In this document: piece after piece, positions 36,300 to 50,269 of the stretch
Position numbering within the stretch: the stretch's first letter is position 1
Layout of the letters: every line of letters begins with the position of its first letter
Made by a program: the position numbers and the translations under genes
NCBI GenBank assembly: GCA_053919585.1
Contig: CM132786.1
Length of the DNA stretch: 64,000 nucleotides
Direction: 5' to 3' (one strand)
Source: Euprymna scolopes
Taxonomy: Eukaryota
The notes under the pieces: model-generated
Database searches by the model: none
Told to the model about the DNA's origin: nothing
What the model saw: only the letters and a program-made list of their open reading frames with translations

Positions 36300-38623
36300 C
36301 CGGTTATAATATAGGCGAATATTGGCTGAAAGGAGCTTGATAAGGATACCTTAAACGGTCCTGATTACCGGGCTTGAAAGCGACGGTACCAATGGTTTGT
36401 CTCATCTAACAACTTTCTTATATTTCGGATTTTCCTTTTAATTGAGCACTCTGCTGGATTTTTTTTCCAAAAACAAATAATCATAATCGCCCCCACCAGG
36501 AATTTACGGTAAATACCAATAGCGTAGTGGTTTAACACTATCGGGAAAAACACCACAACGCAGGAAGAAAAGGCCACCTTTTTAAAATAACCGGAGATGG
36601 AAAAATATACCTTAAATTACTCCACTAAAAATATACCAACACCAAGTAACCAGCTGTATACAAGAATCCTACTAACGAAAATTGAAGATGACATCCAGAG
36701 GATAGGATGGAAGATTATAAACGAAGTAAACGTCCATGAGAAAGTAAAAACAATTTTGGATTAAAATCGATAAAATATCCGAATAGAGTGGAAGAATTAG
36801 AAAATTTTGAAAAAGATTTACCAGACATTATCCCTAAGCTTGAATTTAAACATAGATAAAATCAATTTCAAAAAACAATAGCAGCTGCTATAAAAAAATA
36901 AAAAAAGAAAATGCGACAATTGTTTCTCAGATGAAACGAAAAATGTATATAAAATGAAAAGAAAAATCAACTTGTACTAAACTATATTACAGAAAATACC
37001 ATTTAGCAGAAAAAGATACTTATAAATCTATTAACCAAGAGGTTACAGAAGTAGCCACAGAATTAGGTATAGAATACAGAGTAAATAGGTTAGCAAAGAA
37101 AATGTGTTTATAACTTTAAAAGACCACAAAGAAAATGTAAATATTAAGCCAACCTGCAGGCTAATAAACCTGGCTAAAAGCGAGGTCTGTCTAGCTAGCC
37201 AGTTTTTAATTAGAGAAATAGTAAAAGAGATAAAAATAAAATAAAATCTTAATTTGTGGGAAAACACAAGCGCGGTACTGGACTGGTTTAAAATATAATG
37301 GAACCACACAAATGTAAATTTACACAACTGGATATCGTCGATTTTTACCCCTCAATCACTAAGGAAATCCTAGAAAAATCATTGATCTTCGCATCAAAAT
37401 ATAGAAAGATAAGCGAGCTCGATAAGGAAACAATCATGCAAGCAAGGCAGACCCTTTTATTTTTTTGATGATAAAACATGGGTCAAAAAATCAAAGACCC
37501 CTTTGAAGTCGAGATGGGGTCGTATGACAGTGCGATTATCTGCGATCTGGTTGGACGTTTTCTACTGGATACCATGAAAAATAAATTCCCAGATCACTTT
37601 TTTGGGTTATATAGAGATGATGAACTTTGCCTATCGCGTGACTACAATTGATGTGCACTAAACAGGCTTAGGAAAGACCTAACTGGTTTTTTCAAGGAGC
37701 TAGACTTTAAAATAATAATACAGACAGATTTAGATAGTGTAGATTTTTAGATGCCACTCTTGATCTCGAGAAAAAATACATAAACCCTTCCACAAACTAA
37801 ATGAAAAACTTATGTACATAAATAATGGTTCATGCCACCCACGTACAGTGTTTAAAAATATGGTAGCAAATATTAGTCAAAGAATTCCACGACTTTCTTC
37901 AAACGCTGAAGTGTTCGAGCAAGCAGCACCATATTATAATGAAGCACTGCATCAAAGTGGTTTCAAAGAAAACATAACATTTCAACAAACCCAGGATAAT
38001 AGAGAAAATAAAAAAAAACGAAAGAGGAAACGGAAGATAATCTGGTTCTTACCTACATGCTCATTGAATATAAAAACTAGAGTAGGCCATTTTTTCTTAG
38101 TATTCTAGACAAGCATTTTCCAGAAAAACACAAACTACATAACATTTTTAGTTCGCTTGCTAAATTTTATGTAGCAGATGAATTGCAAACTTCCGTGGTT
38201 GGAAAGGCCAGTTTTTAGAGTTTAATGTGTAAATATATAAACCTAAAGACCATACTACGTACTCTATAAACACCTTACGAAATTCAGGCTTGAGAGATAA
38301 AGTAAAAGTACACCATAACACTTTTTGCTATACTAAGTGTTAAAGGCCTATAATTACACAGACTATAACACGGAAGAAAATAAAGATTGGAAGTCGATGT
38401 ACAAACAATAATGAAACAACTCACTCAAACACGATAAGATAAAGCAATGGACTGAGACCAGTCATTTTCAACCATGCAAACAAAATTAAGCGCAAAAGAA
38501 TACATGGTCCAATTACTGTTTAAGCAGCTATCTAAAAACAGCTGTTTTGAATAAAATGTAAATTATAATCTTATGATGTACAAACAAAAAAATACAATGA
38601 CCCAGGGGTATTACCGTGACTAC

Positions 38624-38667
<44 letters not shown>

Positions 38668-38768
38668 TTAATAATAATAATAATAATAATAACACCATAA
38701 ACAACAACAACAATAATAATAAGGATAATGACAACAACCCCATAAACAACAACAACAATAATATTATC

Positions 38769-38814
<46 letters not shown>

Positions 38815-38960
38815 TTTATTACGCAATATTTTATATAGACGTAATTCTCATTATAACTATTCGATTACTGGATCTGTAATCCCCAAACCGACAACTAAAC
38901 TAAGTGCTAAAACTAACCGCTCAAACATAACAAGGTAATTAGCTGATGAACTTAATGTAA
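36300..38960 (+). mobile_element. Near full-length decayed Penelope-like retroelement (RT plus GIY-YIG region)
   Basis: ORF relic from 36597: MEKYTLNYSTKNIPTP, FITLKDHKEN...CRLINLAKSE, QLDIVDFYPSIT, MGSYDSAIICDLVG, GLYRDD, DFLDATLDL, YINNGSCHP, RKRKIIWF. Frameshifted; (AAT)n in the 3' region. Confidence 0.92.
38625..38813. repeat. (AAT)n/(AAC)n compound microsatellite
   Basis: Seen directly; it produces the poly-N and poly-L ORFs. Confidence 0.95.
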
Positions 38961-39109
38961 GTACTCTGTCACAGACAACAGAAAGCAAAATTATTTTCAA
39001 TTAATTTTTACATTAGACGACTAATACATTATAAAATTACGCATGCGAAACCACCTATAAACATTTAATAACAACAATTATGAAAATAATAAAGGAACTC
39101 TTCTAACTA

Positions 39110-40110
39110 TATGGTTGATACGAAAGTTCTCGCAGAATTTTTATTTTGATTTCAAATGATGTATTTTCAGATGAATTTCGTCATAATACCTTCACTTTAT
39201 ATATCATTTAACAGTGTATTCGCACAATCTAATCGCTAAAAACAATCGTTTTTTTAAACAATTTTTATCCTCTGCAAAACATAAAATACGATGGAAAAAA
39301 GTCAAATTTTCACAATTTTTTTAATATTAAGTTGAAGCTAGGCCAGAAAATCTACTTCAACAGCTCGCGATCAAGGAAGCGCTTGGCCACAGAACCACTA
39401 TTTAACCAAACCCTCAACGGAGGTTTAAGAAATTTCTTGGCAGTGACGAGAGTCAAAGATGATGAGTGAATCGGTCGACCATCGGATGATGACACCGATC
39501 TACAAAGAGCCTTAGCCGAAGCTTATTAACGCACAACTTTTCAAGAACTGCCTCTGAATAAGACGTAACGACTATGATGATTTCAACCACTTGCGAGAAA
39601 TTGTAAATAAGAAAATACTTAATAGATGAGTGCTCACGAACCGAACAAAAAATACGTCGTTATGAAGTGTCACCTTCCCCTCTTCTACTCAACATGAATG
39701 ACCTTTTTCTCGACTAGGTTGTGATTGCGAAAAAACGTGGGGTGTATATTACAGAAGGTGACGATCCGCTTACTGGTAAGATAACGACGGAATTCTACGA
39801 CACTTACCGAAGCCATAGTTGGATGAAAAGAAGATCATACTGAGTGTGTGAGTGTCTGCGAACAGTATCATTCGTTACAGCATGTTAAAAGTGTTGGACA
39901 ACATTACGACAGAGAAGTACTGTGAACAAATGAATGAAATGCATCAGAAATTTTGACAATAAAAACCCAGCATTTGTCAACAAATAAAGCTTATATTCTA
40001 TCCATTAGGGTACTGATCGCAGGCTATTAAATGGCCTTGATTTAATTGAACGATTTGGGTTATACAACTCTGCTATGCTAAAATAATAACGCTTCTATTT
40101 GAAATATGAA
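39110..40110 (+). mobile_element. Decayed mariner transposon
   Basis: GRPS..D, a decayed WVP-type motif near 39628, FLD*VVIAKKRGVYY (cf. FLDR.VT.DEKWV.Y), KKIILSV*VSANSIIRYSMLK (cf. KKVMLSVWW...GIIHYELL); many stops. Confidence 0.72.
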
Positions 40111-41639
40111 AGAAAACTTGTCTTTGAAAAAAACGTGTGCTCTTTCAATTCATAATAGAACAAACAAAAAATGAATTAAATTACAACTACTATCAAAGTT
40201 AGCGTTGGCGCATCGGAANNNNNNNNNNNNNNNNNNNNNNNNNNNNNNNNNNNNNNNNNNNNNNNNNNNNNNNNNNNNNNNNNNNNNNNNNNNNNNNNNN
40301 NNNNNNNNNNNNNNNNNNNNNNNNNNNNNNNNNNNNNNNNNNNNNNNNNNNNNNNNNNNNNNNNNNNNNNNNNNNNNNNNNNNNNNNNNNNNNNNNNNNN
40401 NNNNNNNNNNNNNNNNNNNNNNNNNNNNNNNNNNNNNNNNNNNTTCAAACGATAGATTCGGTTAATATTGGCTTCGCCTCGAAGCACGATTTTTTGTTTA
40501 TTTATTTAAGAGAGCCGCCCATAATTTGTTGGGACGCATATATAACATTTTTTTTAAATTTATTTTTATTATTTTTAAAACAGTAATCTACGTAAATGTT
40601 GTTTTCCTTTTCCATCTGCACGTAGCACTCTTGCGAAATTAGATAAATAATAAAAATAAGAACATTAATTGTTAAATTGCTCGTGTGATGACGTGTCTTT
40701 TTTAAAACATTTACATAAACTTTTATTTTTATTTATATACCTGTTTAAGCATTTTTGTCAGTGTATTGGAAGGAATTCAGTTGATTACAACCTTTTCTAC
40801 GTATTCTTTAGATTACAACAGTACACCCCTGAATCTGATGGCGCAATACTACACCGTTCAATACTGTAAACTGAAACGAAGCTGTTGTGCTTTAAAAGGG
40901 CGACAGTTTCTTCTTATTTATATTTATATCGATTATTTGCTTTAAAAAAACTAAAGTAATTACGTGTTTACTGTTTTACTATCCCATTTTGCTGTTTCGA
41001 ATTATTAAATTAAAGTAAGTAAAGCTTCATTAATTTTCAAAAGTGTTTTTCTTTCTTTGATTTTCGATATTTCGTCGATAGTATTTAGAAAGAGTGTTTA
41101 GCTGAAAAACCAACAAAATACTCCGCGAAAAAATGAATATGCAAGAAATAAATGTTACCATGGTGAATAACAGTTCAGTTCCTGTTTTGTTTTTTTTGGG
41201 AAATAGTTTTTAATGCTCTTTACTTTAAATAATTTCAGCGAACCGAAATTAAAACGAAATTTGGGGCCATAAATGCTTAAATGAATTTTTATATAAACTA
41301 CACATGCCATAATCGAATATTCCTCAAGCACAATAGAACGGAAAACATTAAAATATGTTTATAAATATTCCTTACGTTGACCGAACTCTCTAAAATTGTT
41401 AACACAGAATGCTCAGATGCCTCTCCATAAAATTGAAAATAGGGCTTTCCATATCAAAGTCGCTGCCATTGTGATTTTTTTAAACCGGTTCTTGAATTAA
41501 AAAACAAATTACAAACTACTTAAAATACAAACCAATCAACTTTTCTCTTCATAAGGAAAAATCATTTTGTTAGTCACTCCTGGAAACATATTTGATATAA
41601 AAACATATTTTCGCGAAAATTGCGTTTACTTTCATCATA

Positions 41640-41783
41640 TTTTGCTTAGGGTATAATATTTGAGTAACAAAACCTATCTCTCTACAAGCCCCTCCTTTTC
41701 ATAACCTATCATACTTTTATCAATCACAGTCCATTTTCTGTAGGCTATTTTTCCACCCAATTAACGACTGATACTTTTGCTAG
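41640..41783 (+). mobile_element. Helitron family B 3' end
   Basis: About 120 bp homologous to 59410-59524 (ctatctct.tacaa, agtccattttctgtaggct); ends GCTAG before a (TA)n run. Confidence 0.65.
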
Positions 41784-42397
41784 TATATATATATATGTAT
41801 ATATATATATACATATATATATATATGTATATATCTTTCTATATGAGGTCAAATATTTTAACGTTTCATTTCCTTTTAGTTTAGATATTTTCGTCTAATC
41901 ACTAAAAACAGAAATTATAAACTTTAAAATATTTATAAGTATAATGTATTGTTTTTTAATAATACTCGAATTTTATTCAAGCGAAATGTATCCGAAGTTA
42001 CACCGATACCGTAATAAACACGCGAATGTATTTGCTATTTAAGTTGCAATGCTCAACATACTACACAATTTTAAAGAAAATATTTCTCGTGATAAAATTT
42101 GACATTATTTGGCAAATTTCTTTAAATGAAACTTGGTATAGCTCCAAAATAGACCTNNNNNNNNNNNNNNNNNNNNNNNNNNNNNNNNNNNNNNNNNNNN
42201 NNNNNNNNNNNNNNNNNNNNNNNNNNNNNNNNNNNNNNNNNNNNNNNNNNNNNNNNNNNNNNNNNNNNNNNNNNNNNNNNNNNNNNNNNNNATCACATAT
42301 ATTTGCAAAGATGTATATATATATATATATGTTTGCATATAAATACATACATATACATCATATATAAATTTATATATATGCAGATATATATATATAC

Positions 42398-42464
<67 letters not shown>

Positions 42465-43739
42465 GTAAGTATTAAGAGCAGAATAGAAATTGAAAATTTG
42501 GATTATTCTCGTAACACTCGCTACATAAGTTTTCTTATGCCTCCCTCTCATGAGCTACGTTGCTTACGAATTGTACTGTTGTGGTTTTTTTTTCATTAAT
42601 TTCTAATCGACTTTATTTAGATCTTGAAGTAAAATATAGTAAATCAAATCGATACATGTTTTAACTAAAGCGATTCTCCTTAAAAATATCCATATATTCT
42701 AGAATATTTCCATTTGTTAATTGATCAGTATTATGTCTCAAACGCTTGCTAACCCTGTATATGCACCTTAGAAATAACAATTGTGATTCTAGTTTTTAAT
42801 TTTTTTTCTTATTATTTTCGTGTCTCCAACTTTAGTAGAGAAGTATGTTTCACAATATATTAACTACTCCATCTTTAACATTTTTCTGTCACTTCATATC
42901 ACTGACGTCTGAATTAAAAATTCATTCTTTTTCGCAAAACAGAGCGCTCGAAACAGACCCTAAGTGTTTGCGTGTTTTGAAAGTCATTGATTTGAAGACC
43001 TCTGCGCAGGTGCTTTTCTCTTTTGCATCACTACTGCAGCCGGCGAGTGACTTAAGACCCACGATAGAAAATCTCCAAACAAACAACTCTGTTATTCATC
43101 AATCATGTTTTTCTCTAGACCTTTCAGCAGATGTTTGTGTCATCGCCAAGAACGATGCTTTAGACACGTCATTTTGACCCTAGGTAAAAGGATTGTGTTT
43201 TCAAACGCTTCGAATGAATCCAAATAAACTTGTCTAAGAACACATTACATTAATAATAAGAATATGCAAGGTGTTCGATAACAAATTGATTGATAAACAA
43301 AAAATGTATCTGCTTTAATGAATCTGTATAACGAACTTCGATTTGGAGTTGGATTGTTAGCATTTATTTATTAAATAATTAATTATACCTAAATAAGAAT
43401 GTTACTTCGATGGACAAATATAAACAAAATATTTATAATCGATCGTATTGGAATACAGCGTTGAAATTTTTAAATCATTTACGAAAAATAAAAAAAGAGT
43501 GAATCCTTGCATGTTATATATCATTACCTTTTTTATTATTTTCCTCCGACAAAAATAAAAGGCGTCATTGAAATAATGTTTCACTTTTTTCATTATTATA
43601 TTTTATATACCGTAATGTATCCATGAATGAAGAATAAAAAAGCATAACTAAACCTAAAACTTATCCACTATGAATATATTAGATTAACATATTTCTTCGG
43701 TATATTCCGTTTAATCAATTATGTAAAGCAAGACAAACA

Positions 43740-43808
<69 letters not shown>

Positions 43809-43973
43809 TAGATATATACCCTTTTATTTTAGTAAACACATACTATAGAGTTAGAGCGATAATATTCAAAAATAAACACGCACACATGTATATTTTAATG
43901 TTGTTCGATTAATTCTGCATATTACATAAAAACATCAAAATATGACCAGGGATAATATACACACGTAACACTC

Positions 43974-44060
<87 letters not shown>

Positions 44061-44941
44061 TGTGGTTCCTACACACAGACACACACATCTATATGTATTT
44101 GATTGCTGTTCAATAAAAAACAACTGTATATTATATAAAGAACATTAAAATATGAGCAGATATATATATCATATATTTATATAGTATACATACTATAGAA
44201 ACTCAAGATANNNNNNNNNNNNNNNNNNNNNNNNNNNNNNNNNNNNNNNNNNNNNNNNNNNNNNNNNNNNNNNNNNNNNNNNNNNNNNNNNNNNNNNNNN
44301 NNNNNNNNNNNNNNNNNNNNNNNNNNNNNNNNNNNNNNNNNNNNNNNNNNNNNNNATATGTATAAAAAATACATTTTTTCTACTAATTTAAAAAGGATAT
44401 ATATTGGTGGGGGAATTACCCTCAATATCAACAGATCTAGCTTATTTTAATCGATTCATTTTAAATAATTCCCTATTGAATTTTTCGGGTTTCTTATGGG
44501 ATGATCATATTTAGTTGACTACTGCATGTAATTATATTAATCTATATAGTTTCCGCCATTTATACTTGCATAATGTTTAAGTAAAACGTAAATAGTAAAC
44601 CCAAAACGTTTTCGCTATATATATTTATGGGCGTATATATATACAAGTTAGAAAAACATTTCATCCAAGGCATTAAATTGTTGAACAAATTGTTTTTACT
44701 GTAGGCTTTTAAAATAAAGGTACAAGATTCAATTTGAAATTTATTTTCTTCAAAGTGCTGTTTTATAACTTTTACAAAGTAAGGTATAAAAATTTAATTT
44801 AAATCGAATCAAAAAATTACATTGGATTTATTTTATGTAATCAACATTCTGTTGCACTTAAAAAAAATAATTGAAAATTTTATATCTATAACATTAATTG
44901 CTGCATGAAAGATAATGTTTTTAAATTGAAATGTTGGTATA

Positions 44942-45300
44942 TCTATCCACGTGAACGTGTATGCGTGTCTGTGTATGCCTGTGTGGGTATATTTCAATGC
45001 GCTTAACCTCTGCCATTTACAGTCTACAAACCTTAAATTTGATATGCAGGTTACTGAGAATTGGGAAAATCATTAGGATCCGTTTTCGGCTAGAAATATT
45101 GCTGTTAAGGGTTAAAGTACAACGATTTTACCGTTGCAACTCTACCAAACTCCTTCGCTAATTTTGGGTCTCAACATTTGGAATTGTTGATATAGGTGCG
45201 TTAGGCATAGATCTAACTTAATAACTCGATTTGAGCCCTAAACGATAAATGTTAAGTGGTCAAAGTAGGGGTCAAATTTAAAAAAAAATACCGCTTTTTT
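44942..45300 (+). mobile_element. Helitron 5' segment, inverted relative to 46080-46460
   Basis: Begins TC...gtgtctgtgtatg. agtctacaaac.t.aaatttgatat.caggttactg is the reverse complement of sequence at 46330-46365 and 58160-58195. Confidence 0.7.
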
Positions 45301-45305
45301 TTGCT

Positions 45306-45372
<67 letters not shown>

Positions 45373-45581
45373 ACGTAACAGTTTTACAAATTAAAATTCA
45401 AAGTATTTAATTTTTTGGAGTGAGTGATTCAGATTTTATATGATTAATTTTTTTTTACATACGTTTTAAAATCATAAGTACTGTCCTCCATGAAAAACAG
45501 TTTACAACAGTCTACTTCTTGTTCCTCTGGAAAATATTCAGTTTTAAGTATGGAGAATTTGCGAGAAGGTATATTATAGAT

Positions 45582-46460
45582 ACTATTATTTTAGCCCGGA
45601 TCAACCCAGGGGTATGTGTTGAGCAAAAAAATGTGGTAGTAGGAAGGCACGCTCGAACCCGTACGGAAAAGGAGGAAAAGAACGGGGAACACATTACGTC
45701 TTTGCTGTTACGACCACCGCCAAACCGAATGTGACGTAAGTTTAAATTAAGGCTAGACAAACGAAAGGAGAGGAGGACTTTCGAAAATATTTGCGAAAAA
45801 AGCGACTCTGCCTGTTGAAAAGTGGCCAGTTGAAAGTTTAGATATTAATGTTTTTAGCCAATATTTCGATATTCGTCGCCAGAAAGGTCGAACTTCAATA
45901 CGATACTGATCTTTGTCAAATACGTCGCCTCTGTCGAACGTGTTAGGCAGGCATGCAAACATATATACATTTGTATATTGGTAACTAAAAAATTCCACCC
46001 AACCCCATTAAATTGCTTTCCCTATCTCAGTACCCTTTATTTAAAATTGCAAATATTTAGACCAGAAATTGTCTGAGTAATTTGGCAGAGATCGCAGAGT
46101 TAACTCTTTTTGACTTTGACCACAATTATGAGTCCTTTAAATTTATTGTTTGGGGCTCAAAGCAAGTTATTAATTTAGATCCCAGTCCTAGGAACCTATA
46201 TCCAGAATTTCAAGTGTTAGGCTCAAAATTAGCGGAGGAGTATTGTAAAGTTTTTAAAGCTCAAATCATTGAACTTTGAACCGTTAAAAGCCGAATGACT
46301 GGCCGGAAACGGATTGCAAACATTTTCCCAGTACCCTGTATATCAAACTTCGAGTCTGTAGACTAAAAATTTAGAGAGTTATTGCGTAGGGAATATACTC
46401 AAACGCAAGGCAGACAGAGAGACCGACACACAGACTCGTTCACTTTTATCGATGTATAGA
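45582..46460 (-). mobile_element. Composite Helitron family A copy
   Basis: Collinear with 57366-58250 over its length; reversed 5' end ...tatagat near 46460. Confidence 0.8.
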
Positions 46461-46829
46461 TTATAGGAACCATGTATTGGAAACGATATTCCACTTGATA
46501 TGCATGTATTGAAATGAAAAATAATATTGTTACATATTCCAAACACAGCGTGGATGATTAGCAGCTCATTTGGATATTGGAAAGTCCACCTCTTAATTTT
46601 AGACATTGAAATCGTGTAATTCTAGCATGTGAAATATGTGCGGTATAAACTATGTTATGAAAAGTTAAATTAGTTTGAGATTTAACCGATAACCTTTTCA
46701 TTCAAGCCCGTCTTAGGGTTGTTTTTAAGATCCAGATTAATTTCCCGGGTGTTTTGTTGGATATACGTTTTTTTTTTAAAGACGATTGAGCATTGACATA
46801 TTTGAACTACTCAGTAAGCGTGCAATATC

Positions 46830-48000
46830 GTCTATTCTATTTGGAGTCTAAAGTAGCATTTAAGAAGTCCAGGCTTATGAGGTTAGTATCGGTGTAGTAG
46901 TGAAATACTTCTTTTGAAATATATTCGACGTTGCTGTTTGTATTTGCCAAAATAATTGACGTTGTTGGTCTAGAGGGAGTATACTCCATCGTCCCAGTAG
47001 ATACCAAATTTTTGGTTAGTAAATTGGTTTTGGAGAGATTGCATGATAATGATACCATCAGGTCACACACGTCCGCACTATAATGTTCCAGTCCGTTTCG
47101 CAAATAAAGATTCACGGTTAGATTTTATTACCCAAGAGTTATTGTCTAAGTACAGGAGGGAGATCTTGGGATCGTGTAACTATTCCACGTTGCTGATCTC
47201 GCTGATCACAAAGGTTAACGCCTTGTTGAGAAGGATGGAGATCTGTGGTTTCAATCTGTGTAAATGCTAATTGCTCTTTATTGAGATAGCATCAATCCAA
47301 TTGATAGCCGCTTGTTAATTGATCCAAAGCCTCAGTATCATGTTGTTTTATATCTGTATAATAACGTTTCTAGTTATATGATTACTTCTTAAGCTTATTT
47401 CGCTCTTGGGTAGGTTTATATAACTAAAAGTAGGTGTCTTTTTACACGGGGGCATGTTAGCTTTCAAAATACATGTGCTATTCTTGTGCTAATAGGGTGC
47501 CTCCATAATAAATTTTAAATCATTGTGATAGTTATACATCATTTTTTCATCCATATTGCGGTATATGAGATATAATGCTGTTGGTGATATTATATATAGT
47601 CAAGTTCTTTTAATTATTTTTTTTTTTACTTTATGAATGTTCCTGGTTTTATCCGTGCATATGTGACTCTGCTCGTTTGATAAAATATGTAGCGAATAAG
47701 CTGCTTTTAAACGTTATTATGCCATGTTAAACAAGTCTTGTAAATTTGTTGCAGATAGTGTTCTTTTCAAAGGCGGTCATCTGGAAGGCTTTATGTTGAT
47801 ATTTACTTGATTTACAAGCTTTATGTTTGTAGTGATTTTTATCTTACGGATTAGTTTTAGTACTGCATTCTTTCCATATCATATGTTTAGCAACGATTTC
47901 CGAGGTATTTATCAGGGAGTTTACGTAGAAAATGGTGGTGGGTGTGGTAAATTCGTTTTATATAACGTCAATATTATTTTCTTATATTTGATATAGTTCA
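46830..48000 (-). mobile_element. Decayed, 3'-truncated Penelope-like element
   Basis: HYSADVCDLMV (cf. MGSYDGAEVCELVG) and LDFLNATLD; the N-terminal layout resembles the 36.3-kb copy. Confidence 0.78.
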
Positions 48001-48380
48001 AGATTTAATATCGATAGTGCTCGACCATGTTATCGTCTTATATAAGAATATACTCAGCATGATGTGTGCAATGATGGGTCTAAATACATTCTGTTTTAAT
48101 ATTTATAAACGCTATAAAGGTGTATTTTATTAATAAGAGAAATATATTCAAATATGTTAACTTTATAAATAAACAAATTACAACAACAATTAACACTTAC
48201 AAACATTATTTCAGATGTAAATATGAAGATTCTAAAAATGCTTGAAAACAAGTTAAGCAAGTATGGTCTCCCGTGAGTGCACAGTAAATAAGGCATATAG
48301 AATGACTAAGTTCTGTATTTGCTCCCCCCCTGAAATAAGCCCCAAATAACCCCAAGGGACGTCAAATCCTTTTAAAAATA

Positions 48381-49659
48381 TACTAGAGACGTGCAATAAG
48401 TAATGCTCCTGACCAACTTCCAATAGCAGTAGAGAAACCAAACTTGGCACAGTTATTAGTCTTTCTCTACATAGGAACCATCCAGAGTTGTGCATTTCTA
48501 CCATCCTTTGATGCAGCTCTAGAAACCATTTTTTAGAACACCTCAAGTTGGTCCTCCAACCACGACGTGACTGCAGAAATCAAGGCTGGGAAACGATCTG
48601 GGAAACAATTTCCTTTCAACAACAACTTCATGGCTGGGAAGTAATAAAAGTCAGAGGGTACAAGGTCAGGAGAGTAGGGAGGACATGGATAGTTCATAAC
48701 CACGCGCCCGTTCACCTGATTTGGCAACATGCGAGTTGTGGAGCGGAGCGTTGTCCTGCTGGAGGAGGGTGCATTTACTGATTTTGCCCCGCCTCTTGAT
48801 TTTGATAGCTTCCCTTAATTTCATCAAACGTTAAACATAATAGGATCCTGTAATTGTGGTACCCTTTGCAAGGAAAGCTGTCATCATTACGCCATACTGG
48901 TCCCAGAAGACTGTGAGCATGATCTTGCCAGGGGAGGACTGCACCGTTTCCTTCTTTGGAGGTGGTGAGTTCATGCTTCCATTGCATTGACTGGGCTTTT
49001 GTCTGTGGATCATATTGATGAACCCAGGTTTCATCCTCTGTAATCAGTATTTTGAAAAATGTTGACTCATCTTCTTGGCACATCTCCAAATTTCTCCTCG
49101 AGCAATCGACACATTCTCGCTTCTGGAATTGTGTGAGCAACCGAGGAATCCATCTGGTAGACACCTTATGCATATGCAAATGGTCATGAATGATAGATTC
49201 TACATACCCTGTACTAATCTTGACATCTTGAGCTATTTGGCGAATAGTAATGCGCCGATCTTCCAAAATGGCAGCCTCAACTTGAAGAACAGATGCCTCA
49301 TTAATGGCAGAATGGGGGGCAGGTCTGGGAGTTGTTTCCACAGACTTCCGTCCATGTTTGAATTCACAATGCCAGCGTTTCACAAGGTCCTATGATGAGG
49401 CATTATCACCATAAGTTTCTTTCATTTCATCAAAAGTCTCCTGTGGTGTGCGTCCTTTCAAATACAAAAAGCGGAGCTCTGCTCGACATTCAACAGGCTC
49501 AATTTCACACCTGACCCAGTTTAAACACCTGTAAATTAGTTCAGAGCTGTAATTTGCCACATGAACCGTAGAGATATAAATCATTGCACATGCAAAATTT
49601 CAGATAGATCAGACAACTGGAAGTTGGTCAGGGGTATTATTTATGGCACACCCCTCGTA
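48381..49659 (-). mobile_element. Full-length (~1.28 kb) but frameshifted mariner element with TIRs and TA ends
   Basis: WIPRLL, ITEDETWVHQYDP, SPGKIMLTVFWD, PPYSPDLVPSDF. Left end tactagagacgtgcaataagtaatgctcctgaccaacttcca matches the reverse complement of the right end, tacgaggggtgtgccataaataatacccctgaccaacttcca. Confidence 0.95.
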
Positions 49660-50269
49660 TGTAAATTTCAATTAAGCACCATAGAAAAAAGTACATCATT
49701 TTGCCTCCCATTTAGTCCCCACTTCCCCTAGGGCTTTAACGTATTTGATTTATTTTAGCAAAATGCTAGACTGCTACATCGACATACGCAGGAAAATTTG
49801 GAAAAATATGGTAAAACCCCATTAGCCTAAGTATTTTTGAATCCAAACTTTACTTAGAATGTTTCACCTAAGTATTTTTTTACTCCAAACTTTACTTAGA
49901 ATTGAATGAATTTTTTTTTAGTTTTGACTTCATTTGCAAGGGATTTTCAGCAAAAAATAATTGTCCAAAAATATTTATCGTCTTAAAGGACAATAAAAAA
50001 ATATCTACCAAATTAAAAAGAAAAGTTTGATTTTCCAAACTTGTAAATGAGTATTTTGATTCCGCTTGACGTAAAATACGTTTAAATATATTTTAAAGCA
50101 TGCACATCTTGAAATTTATTAATGCAAAAGCATGATAACAAAAGTTAAAAGAATAAACTGCCTGGGTGGCATTAACTAGAATCGAAACTAAAACAATTAG
50201 CGTTCGAGCCGCATTCTCCAGCAATGTGGCCAGCGAGTGAAATATAAGTAGTGACAAAATCTTTAGGCA

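Noticed and set aside
48775-49383. 202-aa ORF as a host SETMAR-like gene
   Set aside because: It is a frameshifted piece of a TIR-bounded mariner element with no SET domain.
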